This document shows, in pieces, positions 27,940 to 37,824 of a DNA stretch of 64,000 nt. The position numbers and the translations under genes were made by a program. Under the pieces are notes generated by a model. That model was given only the letters and a program-made list of their open reading frames with translations. It did not search any database and was not told where the DNA came from. Position 1 is the stretch's first letter. The number at the start of each line of letters is the position of its first letter. The stretch is from positions 304,550 to 368,549 of IMG/VR virus record IMGVR_UViG_3300028676_000003; one strand, given 5' to 3'.

Positions 27940-28235
27940 AAAAAGTAGCTATTGTAGTATTCATTCTAGGACTAATCATTCTATTATGGAGTTGTGATAA
28001 CAGAAAGCGACCAATAAAAGGTCCAACTGAAATCAATTGGCAAATAGAAGTAGACTATCTTGACAACGTGAAAGATACAATCTATCTTACAACACCTTAT
28101 AGTGAGTGTGATTGTTCGGGTGATGAACCTGAAATTGCAACCTATAATGGAATATCAACACTAAGGCTGAATTATAAAGATATAGCGAGCTATGTCAAAA
28201 CATTCAGAGTATTGTCTAAAAATAAAGTAAAATAA
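27936..28235 (+). CDS. lipoprotein
   Basis: MKKVAIVVFILGLIILLWSC; start ATG 27936. Confidence 0.7.
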   Translation: MKKVAIVVFILGLIILLWSCDNRKRPIKGPTEINWQIEVDYLDNVKDTIYLTTPYSECDCSGDEPEIATYNGISTLRLNYKDIASYVKTFRVLSKNKVK

Positions 28236-28236
28236 A

Positions 28237-28701
28237 ATGACAGAAAACGAGGAAATTCAAATATTAGAGCAAAGAATATCATTCAAAACGGCAGTCTTAT
28301 CAAAAGAACTAGGCTTCAATCAACTATGCGATACCCATTATTCTTATGGTGCTGGTGATAAAGAAGAACCTAAGACTGGAAACGTTTATCATGGTGGTTT
28401 CTACAACGCAATTACTGGATTTCCACGTCACTACAGAAATTCTGAGTTGGCTAATTGGGGGTTGCCTTATGGTGAATTTTCAAGTCCAACACAAGCATTT
28501 CTTAAAAGATGGCTTCGTGAAGTTCATAAGATAGAAATTAGTATCATTTGCTTTGATGGACAGTATCTTAAGTGTATCAAAGAAAATAGACAAAAAGCCA
28601 ATACCTATCGCCTAGACTATAAGGGAACATATGAAGAAGTTCTTGAAATGGCCTTATTTGAAGGTTTAGAATTATTGAAAAAACTATGCGAAGCAATTTA
28701 A
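28237..28701 (+). CDS. phage hypothetical protein
   Basis: PTQ..L..WLRE.H.I.I and YEE.LE.AL motifs. Confidence 0.65.
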   Translation: MTENEEIQILEQRISFKTAVLSKELGFNQLCDTHYSYGAGDKEEPKTGNVYHGGFYNAITGFPRHYRNSELANWGLPYGEFSSPTQAFLKRWLREVHKIEISIICFDGQYLKCIKENRQKANTYRLDYKGTYEEVLEMALFEGLELLKKLCEAI

Positions 28702-28883
28702 ACGTTGGAGATGAGGTAGTTAAGAATGAGGAGACCTGGATTCCGAATGATTTTGACTCTTGGGGTCGAGGTATCGGAATAGGAATCGTAGTTGAACCAC
28801 CGTTTCCTTTAGATGATGCTGTAGATGTTCGTTGGCCTGATGGTAGATGTTTTGAAGAAATAAACCAATTAATAAAAATATAA
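28686..28883 (+). CDS. small SH3-like hypothetical protein
   Basis: VGDEV...G.GIVV...V.VRW. Confidence 0.5.
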   Translation: MRSNLNVGDEVVKNEETWIPNDFDSWGRGIGIGIVVEPPFPLDDAVDVRWPDGRCFEEINQLIKI

Positions 28884-29674
28884 TGGGAAAAGTGAAATCA
28901 TTCAGCGACAGAATGAAAGAATATGAAAGCTGTTACAGTATCAAGGTACCGAACAGGTCATATATGATTGTCCGCTTGGATGGTGTAGGATTTAGCAAAT
29001 ACACCAAACAATTCGAGAAACCATTTGATGATATCTTGTCAAATGTAATGGATGCAACAGCAATTGAGCTGAGCAAAGCATTCAACCCTAAATTTGCTTA
29101 CACTCAATCTGATGAAATCAGTCTTGTTTTTACAACACTTGATAATATCGATGCCGAAATGATTTATGACGGTAAGATTCAGAAGATTGCTAGTATCTTC
29201 GCAGGTAAAGCCACTGCGGTATTCAATAAAAAGATGCTACAAATGCTTACTACTCTTAAGTATCGTGAAGACGAAATAATCGAAAAGATTAAAACAGTAG
29301 ACTTCAACGAGTTAGACGCATTTTTCGATGCAAGAGTATTCGTAATCCCTGACTTAACAGAGGTTTACAATTATTTTACTTGGAGACAGCAAGACTGTAC
29401 TCGTAATAGTATCAGTATGGCCGCTCATGCCCTTTTAAAAGGCAATATGACTGGTGTAAACGGTAAAGAGAAACAAGAAAGGCTATTTCAAGAAGCTGGT
29501 GTTAATTGGAACGATTACAAGACCAAGTATAAAAGAGGTACCGTTATTAAAAAATACGATTATACAATTGACGTTGAGGGTAGTGAATTACCTGCCAACA
29601 GAAGTAAATGGATTCCCGACTATGAGACTCCTATTTTTACTCAAGATAAGGAATATTTGCAAGCATTAATATAA
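28883..29674 (+). CDS. thg1: tRNA(His) guanylyltransferase Thg1-like (3'-5' polymerase)
   Basis: RMKEYE, RLDG..FSKYT, YTQSDEISL, FDAR, WRQQDC.RNSI. Confidence 0.9.
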   Translation: MGKVKSFSDRMKEYESCYSIKVPNRSYMIVRLDGVGFSKYTKQFEKPFDDILSNVMDATAIELSKAFNPKFAYTQSDEISLVFTTLDNIDAEMIYDGKIQKIASIFAGKATAVFNKKMLQMLTTLKYREDEIIEKIKTVDFNELDAFFDARVFVIPDLTEVYNYFTWRQQDCTRNSISMAAHALLKGNMTGVNGKEKQERLFQEAGVNWNDYKTKYKRGTVIKKYDYTIDVEGSELPANRSKWIPDYETPIFTQDKEYLQALI

Positions 29675-29694
29675 GTCTTGCAAATATATTCCAT

Positions 29695-29730
29695 TATTTT
29701 TGCATTGAAACGATTAATTTCGTTCCTTTG
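29695..29730 (+). promoter_or_regulatory. tandem -7-like boxes TATTTTTG (29695) and TTCCTTTG (29723)
   Basis: CTTGCA at 29677 and TTG at 29705 at matching spacing. Confidence 0.5.
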
Positions 29731-29761
29731 TACGAATAACAAAATACACACATAATACAAT

Positions 29762-31342
29762 ATGAAGTTTAAAGAAGTTACACAAGCAGACATTGATTAT
29801 GCTAGAGAGGTATACTTGAATAAAGATATGTCTTGGGATGATAGAATGAACCTGTTAATAACACACTTTGGAAAATCAGAAAGAACAGTCCGTAAATGGT
29901 GTTCTGAGAAGTTTAATTTCAAAGAAAAGTCAGAAGTTGAGCCTGAACAATACGTAAAAGCTAAAACTAAGACGCATGATGAAACAAAAAAACGTTTCAT
30001 TATAACATGGGCACAGAATAACACACCTGTCCATAAGAAGTTCCTTAAAAATATTAAGGAATACGCTAATTTTATTGATGCCGACATTCACGTTATTGCT
30101 GGTAGATATAAGAACCCAACAAGTGTTTGGACCAATAACCAAGAATCAGAAGAATTTTGGGCTGACGAAATACAAGACTATTTAGATGCCAACAGGCACG
30201 ATATTCACCAATTCGTTTCAATCCTATCTGATATCAAGGTTCAACCAACTGCTGTTAATCCAATGACTGGAATGCAAGCTCTTAGCGGTGTTAATTCATG
30301 TATCTTTGGTTCTCCGAAGGTACAGATGGAAATGATACCTGTATTGGATGGAAACAAGCCTAAGATGATGCTTACGACTGGTTCGATTACAAAAAAGAAT
30401 TATACTGATTCAAAATCAGGTAAGGTTGGAGATTTTCACCACACATTCGGATTTGCTATTGTTGAAATCAAAGATGATGAAACATTCTTTGTAAGACAAG
30501 TAACAGCCGATGATAGAAGTGGTTCATTTAGTGATTTATATAACAGAGTTGAAGACGGGAAGGTTACTAAGCTAGAGTCTATTTCTGCTATTGTTTTGGG
30601 TGATGTTCACTACGGCCACCACGACCAAAAGGTACTAGACGCTACAATGACATTTATGGATAAGCTTGTACCTGAGCATGTTATCTTGCACGATGTATTT
30701 GATGGAGATTCAATTAGTCACCACCAAATGAAAAATCCTTTTATCCAATATGGTAAAGAGATGGCAGGAACCAACGACTTGGCGAAAGAGGTTAACATAA
30801 TGATGGAAGGACTTGAAGCTTTTGAAAAGTTCAAGAACATTGTAATCGTTAGAAGTAATCACGATGATTTCTTAGACCGTTGGCTTATCAATGAAGATTG
30901 GAAAAAGCAACCAACCTATAAGAACTCTAGGTTATACATGAAGTATTCAGATATATTGTTAGAGCAATATGGTACGGATATGAATAATGTATTAGGTGTT
31001 ATTCCTAAGCTTATTAACGAGAAGTTCCCTGAGTATAAGACACTTGGAAGAAGTGCTTCTTATAAGGTTAAGGGTTGGGAATTAGGCCAACATGGAGACT
31101 TTGGAACAAACGGTAGCCGTGGTTCATTACTACAGTTCCGTAAATTGAATACAAAGATTATTGTTGGACATTATCATAGTCCTGGGAGAAAGGATGGTGC
31201 TATTGCTGTTGGAACGTCAACTCACTTACGAGTAGGTTACAACAACGGTCCAAGTTCATGGTTACAGTCACACGTAATCATACATAATGACGGTAGAGCG
31301 CAACATATCAATTTTATTGATGGAGAGTTCACCACTTTTTAA
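29762..31342 (+). CDS. HTH + calcineurin-like phosphoesterase/nuclease, T5 A1-like
   Basis: ITWAQNNT, TTGSITKKNY, FHH, LGDVH, HDVFDG, SNHDD, HGD.G.NGSRGS, GHYHS. Confidence 0.6.
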   Translation: MKFKEVTQADIDYAREVYLNKDMSWDDRMNLLITHFGKSERTVRKWCSEKFNFKEKSEVEPEQYVKAKTKTHDETKKRFIITWAQNNTPVHKKFLKNIKEYANFIDADIHVIAGRYKNPTSVWTNNQESEEFWADEIQDYLDANRHDIHQFVSILSDIKVQPTAVNPMTGMQALSGVNSCIFGSPKVQMEMIPVLDGNKPKMMLTTGSITKKNYTDSKSGKVGDFHHTFGFAIVEIKDDETFFVRQVTADDRSGSFSDLYNRVEDGKVTKLESISAIVLGDVHYGHHDQKVLDATMTFMDKLVPEHVILHDVFDGDSISHHQMKNPFIQYGKEMAGTNDLAKEVNIMMEGLEAFEKFKNIVIVRSNHDDFLDRWLINEDWKKQPTYKNSRLYMKYSDILLEQYGTDMNNVLGVIPKLINEKFPEYKTLGRSASYKVKGWELGQHGDFGTNGSRGSLLQFRKLNTKIIVGHYHSPGRKDGAIAVGTSTHLRVGYNNGPSSWLQSHVIIHNDGRAQHINFIDGEFTTF

Positions 31343-31350
31343 TTTTAACA

Positions 31351-31383
31351 AGGATAAGCAAGTTTAATCGCTTTGCTTATCCT
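31351..31383. other. 11-bp RNA hairpin without U-tract
   Basis: AGGATAAGCAA / TTGCTTATCCT. Confidence 0.5.
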
Positions 31384-31396
31384 CTAATAACTCATT

Positions 31397-31753
31397 ATGA
31401 AAAATTTTTTTAAAAATATTATGAAAAGTACTATCAAGATTAACGGAGTGACATTTCATGGTGATAATGTTAGCATAGTCAATAGCAAAATTATTATTGA
31501 CGGAAAAGACGTAACACCCGATTCAAAAACCATATCAATTCAAGTAGAAGGGAATATCGGTAATTTAAAAGTGGATGTTTGCGACAAGGTGTCAGTAACT
31601 GGAAATGTTACAAACCTAACTACAGTAAGTGGTGACGTAAGTGTTACTGGTGATGTAGGTCAAAACGTTCAATCTGTCTCAGGTGACGTAAAATGTAGTA
31701 ATATAGCGGGTAAAGTATCAACAATATCGGGAGATATTAAAAATAAAAAATAA
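31397..31753 (+). CDS. beta-solenoid-like protein with (T/S)VSGDV repeats
   Basis: TVSGDV, SVSGDV, TISGDI. Confidence 0.6.
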   Translation: MKNFFKNIMKSTIKINGVTFHGDNVSIVNSKIIIDGKDVTPDSKTISIQVEGNIGNLKVDVCDKVSVTGNVTNLTTVSGDVSVTGDVGQNVQSVSGDVKCSNIAGKVSTISGDIKNKK

Positions 31754-32211
31754 TGGCACAAGAAATCGAACGTAAATTTTTACTTGCAGAAGGAGCTACA
31801 AGTCCAGTATTTGGTGACTATATCAAACAAAAGCTTAGACAAGGCTACATTTCAGGGGACAAGGATAAAAACGTAAGAATCAGACTTACAGCTGATAAGG
31901 CTATCTTAGGTATCAAGTTTACCAATGAAGCAATTACAGATGAATATGAGTACGAAATCCCATACGCTGACGGTGAAGCTATCTATGCTAAAACTGAATG
32001 GAAGCTTGAAAAGAAACGTCTATCATTTGACATCAACAAGGTTCACTATGACCTAGACATTTATCCAAATGGATTACACATTGTTGAAGCTGAGTTTAAA
32101 ACTGTTGACCAAATGAACAAATGGGTTAAGCCTGATTGGATTGGTGAAGAAGTTTCAGGTCAATCAGAGTATTCAAATGTTGTATTAGCAAAAGAAAATC
32201 TTGAATTTTAA
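31753..32211 (+). CDS. CYTH-domain protein (triphosphatase/adenylate cyclase-like)
   Basis: EIERKFL, RQGY, VRIR, EYEYEIP, VEAEF, PDWIGEEVS..YSN. Confidence 0.88.
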   Translation: MAQEIERKFLLAEGATSPVFGDYIKQKLRQGYISGDKDKNVRIRLTADKAILGIKFTNEAITDEYEYEIPYADGEAIYAKTEWKLEKKRLSFDINKVHYDLDIYPNGLHIVEAEFKTVDQMNKWVKPDWIGEEVSGQSEYSNVVLAKENLEF

Positions 32212-33002
32212 TGGAAATAGTATCGCCTAATTACGGTGTCGTAAAGGTAGAAACCAATCCAACACCTGAAAAGACAAAAGAGTTTGCTACTCTAATTAGA
32301 AAACAAGTAAGCAAACAAACATTCAAAGAAAACAAAGGTAAGTTTGCCAATGAAATGTTTCATTTTGGTCTACGCTGGGGAAGAAGAACAGGTCTTATTC
32401 ATCCAATGCCGATTCAATCATTTAGTGGAAGGGGAGATTACTACGGTTATGATACTGTAGACCAAAATGGCAATGATTTACCATCACTTGAAGTCCTTGA
32501 ACCAATCATTAAAGAAATTGAAGCTCATTTAGGTATTGATATGACTGATTATGATAGTGTTATCGGTAACATTTACTTAGATAACCAATACATTTATCCT
32601 CATAGAGATACAACAGAGAGTGCGAGTGCTAGAAACTATCCAGTTATCGTTTATACTCTTGGAAATGACTCTAGCTTAGGTATTTGGGATTACAATGAAG
32701 GTAAGATTACCTTTGCTAACACCTACGATACAACGTACTTAGGTGGTGATTTAAAAGGACTAAACCCAACCAATGAAATTCTAACTAAAAACGGTACGAT
32801 TTATACGTTCGGAATGGAAGGAAAGGGTAGATTTGAGCTGACTCATTCAACTCCTTCATTAAGCAAGAAACCAATTGATTACCCAAAGCTTGTTTTACCT
32901 AACTTAGATGTTATAAGCAAGTATACAATAACTCTTACATTTAGAAGAGCAAAGGACTTGGATGAAAATACTCCAATCCGACCAAAGAAATTAGAAATAT
33001 GA
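32211..33002 (+). CDS. 2OG-Fe(II) dioxygenase, AlkB-like
   Basis: HRD (HxD), distal THS, terminal TLTFRR. Confidence 0.6.
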   Translation: MEIVSPNYGVVKVETNPTPEKTKEFATLIRKQVSKQTFKENKGKFANEMFHFGLRWGRRTGLIHPMPIQSFSGRGDYYGYDTVDQNGNDLPSLEVLEPIIKEIEAHLGIDMTDYDSVIGNIYLDNQYIYPHRDTTESASARNYPVIVYTLGNDSSLGIWDYNEGKITFANTYDTTYLGGDLKGLNPTNEILTKNGTIYTFGMEGKGRFELTHSTPSLSKKPIDYPKLVLPNLDVISKYTITLTFRRAKDLDENTPIRPKKLEI

Positions 33003-33433
33003 AAAAGAAATTACACGTTGATATGGATGGTGTTTTATGTAACTTTCATGGTGCATTCAGAAACAATCAATCATCAACAAATAAATTTCCTCAATCAAAA
33101 TGGGGGTTCTTCTCTACACTAGAACCAATAAAGGACGGTGTGGAAACAGTAAAGGAATTAATGGAACACTTTGATGTGTATATTCTTACAAGACCATCAG
33201 TTAAAAATCCATTATGTTATACTGAGAAAAGAATTTGGGTTGAGAATTATTTCGGATTAGAATTCTGTGAAAACCTTATCATGGCATGTGATAAAAGCAT
33301 GATTAAAGGAGACTATTTGATTGATGATACCACTGGTAACGGTCAATTGGAGTTCGAAGGTGAATTGATACAATTTGGAACACGTCAGTTCCCTGATTGG
33401 AAAACTGTTAAAGAATACTTACTAAGTAAATAA
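32999..33433 (+). CDS. 5'(3')-deoxyribonucleotidase (HAD)
   Basis: VDMDGVLCNF, LEPI, EKRIWV, GDYLIDD. Confidence 0.88.
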   Translation: MKKKLHVDMDGVLCNFHGAFRNNQSSTNKFPQSKWGFFSTLEPIKDGVETVKELMEHFDVYILTRPSVKNPLCYTEKRIWVENYFGLEFCENLIMACDKSMIKGDYLIDDTTGNGQLEFEGELIQFGTRQFPDWKTVKEYLLSK

Positions 33434-33439
33434 ATTACT

Positions 33440-34252
33440 ATGACTGAAAAACATCCAATTATCTTAGCTAGTGAAGCTACAGATATTGAAACATTTTTAA
33501 AATTACTCTTTCCTACTCAGTGGTACCCTATCATTGCTAGGATTATTGAAAGCGGAGCCAAGTTCCACCACGGAGACTGCAAATGGCTTATAGGTTGGTC
33601 CGACATTCCAAACACCAAAAAAATTGGTAAAACGGACCTAGAAACAGCACTTAAGACTTGTATGTTTAAGGTTCACGATTGTTTCCACCAACTTTGGGGA
33701 ATACCAATCACCAAGGACTTTAGTGAAGATGAGTTTTATATCTCTAAGAGAGCGCAAATGTGCGGTGAAATCAGTGTTCTTACAATGACTGAGTTTGTAT
33801 TCGCTAAGCACTTATGGGACACGTACCCTGAACTAAGAGACTACTTAGAAAAACGTAACGCTCTTAAGATGATGTTCGGAGTTTTCAAAGGCAAGACACC
33901 AGTTGAAATTGGAATGCGTCTTGATGATGTTCTTCATAAGCAACGTAGACCAAAATGGATGCGTGATGATGAAGCTTCAATGGCCTTTGCCGACGACTAT
34001 GTTCCTATGCTTGAAAAGGATAGACAGAACATTGACCACAATTGGGAAGTAATGAAGAAAGCCAATTGGGTTCCTGAGAATGCACCAAATATTAGGTATT
34101 CACCTAATATGGACGGTCTTGAGTTAACTATATGGATGCTAACAGATTTCTTCCATATGCTTAAGACTGACGACAAGATTGACTACGCACTTGCAGAGTT
34201 TAATCATCAAAGAAGACAAGCAATTAAAATACCTGAAGGATGGGTTTACTAA
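33440..34252 (+). CDS. hypothetical protein
   Basis: 270 aa; VHDCFHQ, possible metal ligands. Confidence 0.7.
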   Translation: MTEKHPIILASEATDIETFLKLLFPTQWYPIIARIIESGAKFHHGDCKWLIGWSDIPNTKKIGKTDLETALKTCMFKVHDCFHQLWGIPITKDFSEDEFYISKRAQMCGEISVLTMTEFVFAKHLWDTYPELRDYLEKRNALKMMFGVFKGKTPVEIGMRLDDVLHKQRRPKWMRDDEASMAFADDYVPMLEKDRQNIDHNWEVMKKANWVPENAPNIRYSPNMDGLELTIWMLTDFFHMLKTDDKIDYALAEFNHQRRQAIKIPEGWVY

Positions 34253-34256
34253 GATT

Positions 34257-35687
34257 ATGAGTGAATTAAAAAAATTATTACAGCAATACGTCGATAACCC
34301 TAAAAAGAAAAGCATTGCTAAAGACCATATGGGTAATCGTGGCTATATCAAAAAGGACTATTCTAGTTGGGATAAGTTACAACCAATGACCTTTGAAGAA
34401 ATGAAAGCTTATCGTACAGTAAACGGTATGGAATCAACGTTTAAACACGTTCCACCAGCTCTTTATAATAAGAGAATCAAGTTAGATGAGTTTGAATTGA
34501 TTTTTCAGAATAAATCAGAGTTCGTTGCTGATGAAAACAACAAAAATAACAAGGTTAACAATATCGGTTATAAACGTGAACACTACAATTGGAATATTCA
34601 ATGTAATGTAATACTTGTTTATCATGGGATTTATTCACGAATTGGAAGCTATTCAGATTCTATGAGTTATAGTGTTAAATATGTTGTTCCTGAACAAACA
34701 AATTGGGGTGATTGGTTAACCTTTACACCTGAAACACCGTATATTTTAGATGAAGATACATCATATCTTAGATTCAGTGAAGCTGTAGGTATTAGAGAAA
34801 TCATCAATGCAATCAATTTAGATGAAGTAGTTCTTGAAAATCAAAACATTGACTTTCAGCCTTGGTATTCATATGAATTTGATAGAGATTATAAACACTT
34901 AACCAAGTATACAGCTAAAGCTATTGATACTGAGTTCTTTATCAAATCTGAGATTAAAGATGGTATTTATAAGCCTGAACCTAAAACAATACAAGAAGTA
35001 ATTTATCCATACGGAAAATGTTTCAAGAAGGATTTATTAAATAAGTTAGGTGTTCATACAATTCAGTTGAGAACCAATGCTCATTATACTATCCAAGATT
35101 ATTTTGATATTCCAAAGGGATGTGTTATAAAGGCCGCAAAATCAGTAATTAAGGCTTATGGTTATGAGAAATATGCTGATGATACTGCTTTGGTTGAAGC
35201 TATAAACGCTGAGAAAAAAGCTGAAAAAGCTAAGCAGAAGACCCTTGAGTATAATAATCAATTTACTCTTATACAACATGGTAAGGTTATCATGGAGAAC
35301 AAGGATAAATACAAGATTATGGAATACTTGGAAAGGTTTTCAAGCAAAGATATTGATTCAACTGTTCTTGACACTATCAAACCACTATTTGATAATTTTG
35401 ATATTGAAACTTTCTATATTGGTTATTGGGGAACCTATGACAAATATGAAATGAGAGGTCATAAATGTGGATTCAATACTGAGGTTTATACCATAAACCT
35501 CAAGGAAATGGATAAAGAAGTTTTAGATGAAATTTGGGAACTTCACGATGCATCTATTCCTCATTTAGAAGACAAGGAAGTCGAATTAGCCTATGGTTGG
35601 TCCGACGATTATGTAGAATTACTAGGGGTTCGTAAGAATAAGAAGGGTAAATTAGAAACTTTTACAATTCCTTACGATTTAATGTAA
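34257..35687 (+). CDS. large hypothetical protein
   Basis: start ATG 34257 after upstream stop. Confidence 0.7.
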   Translation: MSELKKLLQQYVDNPKKKSIAKDHMGNRGYIKKDYSSWDKLQPMTFEEMKAYRTVNGMESTFKHVPPALYNKRIKLDEFELIFQNKSEFVADENNKNNKVNNIGYKREHYNWNIQCNVILVYHGIYSRIGSYSDSMSYSVKYVVPEQTNWGDWLTFTPETPYILDEDTSYLRFSEAVGIREIINAINLDEVVLENQNIDFQPWYSYEFDRDYKHLTKYTAKAIDTEFFIKSEIKDGIYKPEPKTIQEVIYPYGKCFKKDLLNKLGVHTIQLRTNAHYTIQDYFDIPKGCVIKAAKSVIKAYGYEKYADDTALVEAINAEKKAEKAKQKTLEYNNQFTLIQHGKVIMENKDKYKIMEYLERFSSKDIDSTVLDTIKPLFDNFDIETFYIGYWGTYDKYEMRGHKCGFNTEVYTINLKEMDKEVLDEIWELHDASIPHLEDKEVELAYGWSDDYVELLGVRKNKKGKLETFTIPYDLM

Positions 35688-35717
35688 AAAAGACTTGCAA
35701 GCAAAGAAATAAGTTAG

Positions 35718-35725
35718 TACCTTTG
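35718..35725 (+). promoter_or_regulatory. Bacteroidota -7 box TACCTTTG
   Basis: CTTGCA upstream; ATG 3 nt downstream. Confidence 0.75.
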
Positions 35726-35728
35726 TCT

Positions 35729-36121
35729 ATGAGTAATAAAATAGAGATTAACATCGATTTTGATGGGACATGTGTCACACATGATTATCCGAGAGTTGGA
35801 GCCGATATCGGTTCAGTTAAGGTCTTAAAGAGACTGGTAGACAAAGGACATAAGCTTATCTTATTTACAATGAGAAGCGAAAAAAATAATAGCCTTATTG
35901 ATGCTATCGAATGGTTTGGAATACATGAAATTCCCTTATATGGAATACAGTCAAATCCGACCCAAAAGCATTGGACTTCAAGTCCTAAAAGCTACGCACC
36001 ACTTATGATTGATGATTCAGCAATAGGTTGTCCGTTGAAGTATGACCCTGAGATATCACCAAGAAAATTTGTTGATTGGGAGAAGGTTGAAGCCATGCTA
36101 GAAGAACAAGGATTAATATGA
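35729..36121 (+). CDS. HAD-like hydrolase
   Basis: IDFDGT, LILFTMR, MIDD. Confidence 0.8.
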   Translation: MSNKIEINIDFDGTCVTHDYPRVGADIGSVKVLKRLVDKGHKLILFTMRSEKNNSLIDAIEWFGIHEIPLYGIQSNPTQKHWTSSPKSYAPLMIDDSAIGCPLKYDPEISPRKFVDWEKVEAMLEEQGLI

Positions 36122-36333
36122 AACTAGGACTACATCAAACGTTAGATAACTATACGATTAAAGAAAGACATAACACTAATTTTAGTATTATGATTAGTAA
36201 ATTGAATCAAGCTGTAGATGATTATTATGATGTTTGCTGTGAATATGGATTATTCCAAAGGTTTTATTTAGATATAATTCCGTTAACTATAAGCTTCAAT
36301 ATTGAAGATTCGATGAGAAATGAAATTAGGTAA
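36118..36333 (+). CDS. MxLG-family micro-protein (MKLGL)
   Basis: ATGAAACTAGGA. Confidence 0.6.
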   Translation: MKLGLHQTLDNYTIKERHNTNFSIMISKLNQAVDDYYDVCCEYGLFQRFYLDIIPLTISFNIEDSMRNEIR

Positions 36334-36532
36334 AAGACTATTCTGTGAAGATTACATAACAACCAATACACTATTCAAGGAATTTAGAAAAGATTTAAAT
36401 AGTGATTATGAATGGTTTGATTGGCGAATTCACTATCAAGTAAGAAGAGATATCGGTCGGAGATTATACAATATGCCACTAGCTCGTTCATTTGAAAGTA
36501 TAAAAACAAATTTCAAAGGGCTTTGGTGGTAA
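36320..36532 (+). CDS. MxLG-family micro-protein (MKLGK)
   Basis: ATGAAATTAGGTAAA supplies upstream stop. Confidence 0.6.
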   Translation: MKLGKRLFCEDYITTNTLFKEFRKDLNSDYEWFDWRIHYQVRRDIGRRLYNMPLARSFESIKTNFKGLWW

Positions 36533-36544
36533 AAAACAAAAACA

Positions 36545-36877
36545 ATGACAACAAAAGACAAAATAGGGTTTCCTGAATTTTTGGAAATCGAAAAGAAATT
36601 AGATATTCGTTACGGCCAAATTGTGGCAGTAGAACGAATCAATAAGAAAATGTTAAAATTAAGTGTTATCTTTGGTGAAGATGAAGCCGATGAAAAGACA
36701 GTTGTTACCAATATTGGTGGACAATACGATGAAGATGAATTACTTGCAGTAATGTTTCCATTCATTGTAAATCTTGAACCAGCTACAATTTCAGGTTTTG
36801 TAAGTGAAGCTATGATTATGCTTCCTAAGACCACTGAATTACACTTAGAACCTAGAATGGGCGCAACACTATTGTAA
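36545..36877 (+). CDS. tRNA-binding OB-fold (Trbp111/CsaA-like)
   Basis: LDIRYGQIV.VE, L.L.V, VNLEP..I.G..SEAMI. Confidence 0.8.
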   Translation: MTTKDKIGFPEFLEIEKKLDIRYGQIVAVERINKKMLKLSVIFGEDEADEKTVVTNIGGQYDEDELLAVMFPFIVNLEPATISGFVSEAMIMLPKTTELHLEPRMGATLL

Positions 36878-36878
36878 A

Positions 36879-37334
36879 ATGGCAAAGGTAGTTGCATCGG
36901 GTGTTTTTATCGTAAGAAAAGATAAGAAATTACTAATATGTCACCCAACACATCATGACAAGGACTTTTTCAGCATCCCGAAAGGAAAGGTAGAAAAAGG
37001 AGAGACATTTTTAGAAGGTGCGATACGTGAAACGTTTGAAGAAACAAACATTCAATTGAGTGGAAGTAATGATTTTCACGTATTTCCTTTAAAATCAGTG
37101 AACTATAAACATAATAAGAAGGTAATACATCCTTACTTATTTATTGAGAAGTCTTCATCTAAGATTAATTGGGATGAAGTGGAAATAAAATGTAATTCAA
37201 ATGTTCCTGAAGACCGTGGCGGTTTTCCTGAAATGGATGGTTTTAGATGGGTTGATTTAGAAGAGTCTCGTAAATTCTTGCATGATACACAAGTAGCTTG
37301 TATTGATTCAATTAACGAAATATTAAATAAATGA
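36879..37334 (+). CDS. Nudix hydrolase
   Basis: IPKGKVEKGETFLEGAIRETFEET; FPEMD...W. Confidence 0.9.
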   Translation: MAKVVASGVFIVRKDKKLLICHPTHHDKDFFSIPKGKVEKGETFLEGAIRETFEETNIQLSGSNDFHVFPLKSVNYKHNKKVIHPYLFIEKSSSKINWDEVEIKCNSNVPEDRGGFPEMDGFRWVDLEESRKFLHDTQVACIDSINEILNK

Positions 37335-37549
37335 CACTAGATTTACACGGGACCAAACACCAAGACGTTAGAGGCGTATTTGATACCTTTATGTTCACAG
37401 CAATGCAGTCTGATACTGTAGAAGTTACAATCATAACAGGCAATTCAACTTCAATGAAGAAGATTACCAATGAGTGTATCGAGGAATATGGATTTACCAT
37501 TCTTCCATTTGAACCTAATATGGGTAGCATTAAAATTGCAATTAAATGA
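37331..37549 (+). CDS. stand-alone Smr domain
   Basis: TLDLHG, IITGNS, N.G.I. Confidence 0.75.
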   Translation: MTLDLHGTKHQDVRGVFDTFMFTAMQSDTVEVTIITGNSTSMKKITNECIEEYGFTILPFEPNMGSIKIAIK

Positions 37550-37824
37550 CGGACATAACTAAAGTAATTCCACCTTGGTTTGTTTATATGTTACAGTGTT
37601 CTGACGGAACGTATTATACTGGAATAACAAACAACATTCAAAGAAGATTTATTGAACATAATGAATCTAAAAACAAAGGTGCGAAATACACAAGAACTCG
37701 AAGACCACTTAAGATTGTTTATACAACAGTATTTTTAACAAGAAGTGAAGCGAGCAAAGAAGAATATAGAATAAAAAGGCTCACAAGAGCGCAAAAAATA
37801 GAATTAATAAATAAAAACAAATAA
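37546..37824 (+). CDS. GIY-YIG nuclease (UPF0213-like)
   Basis: FVYML.CSDGTYYTGIT, R...HN..KGAKYT. Confidence 0.88.
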   Translation: MTDITKVIPPWFVYMLQCSDGTYYTGITNNIQRRFIEHNESKNKGAKYTRTRRPLKIVYTTVFLTRSEASKEEYRIKRLTRAQKIELINKNK

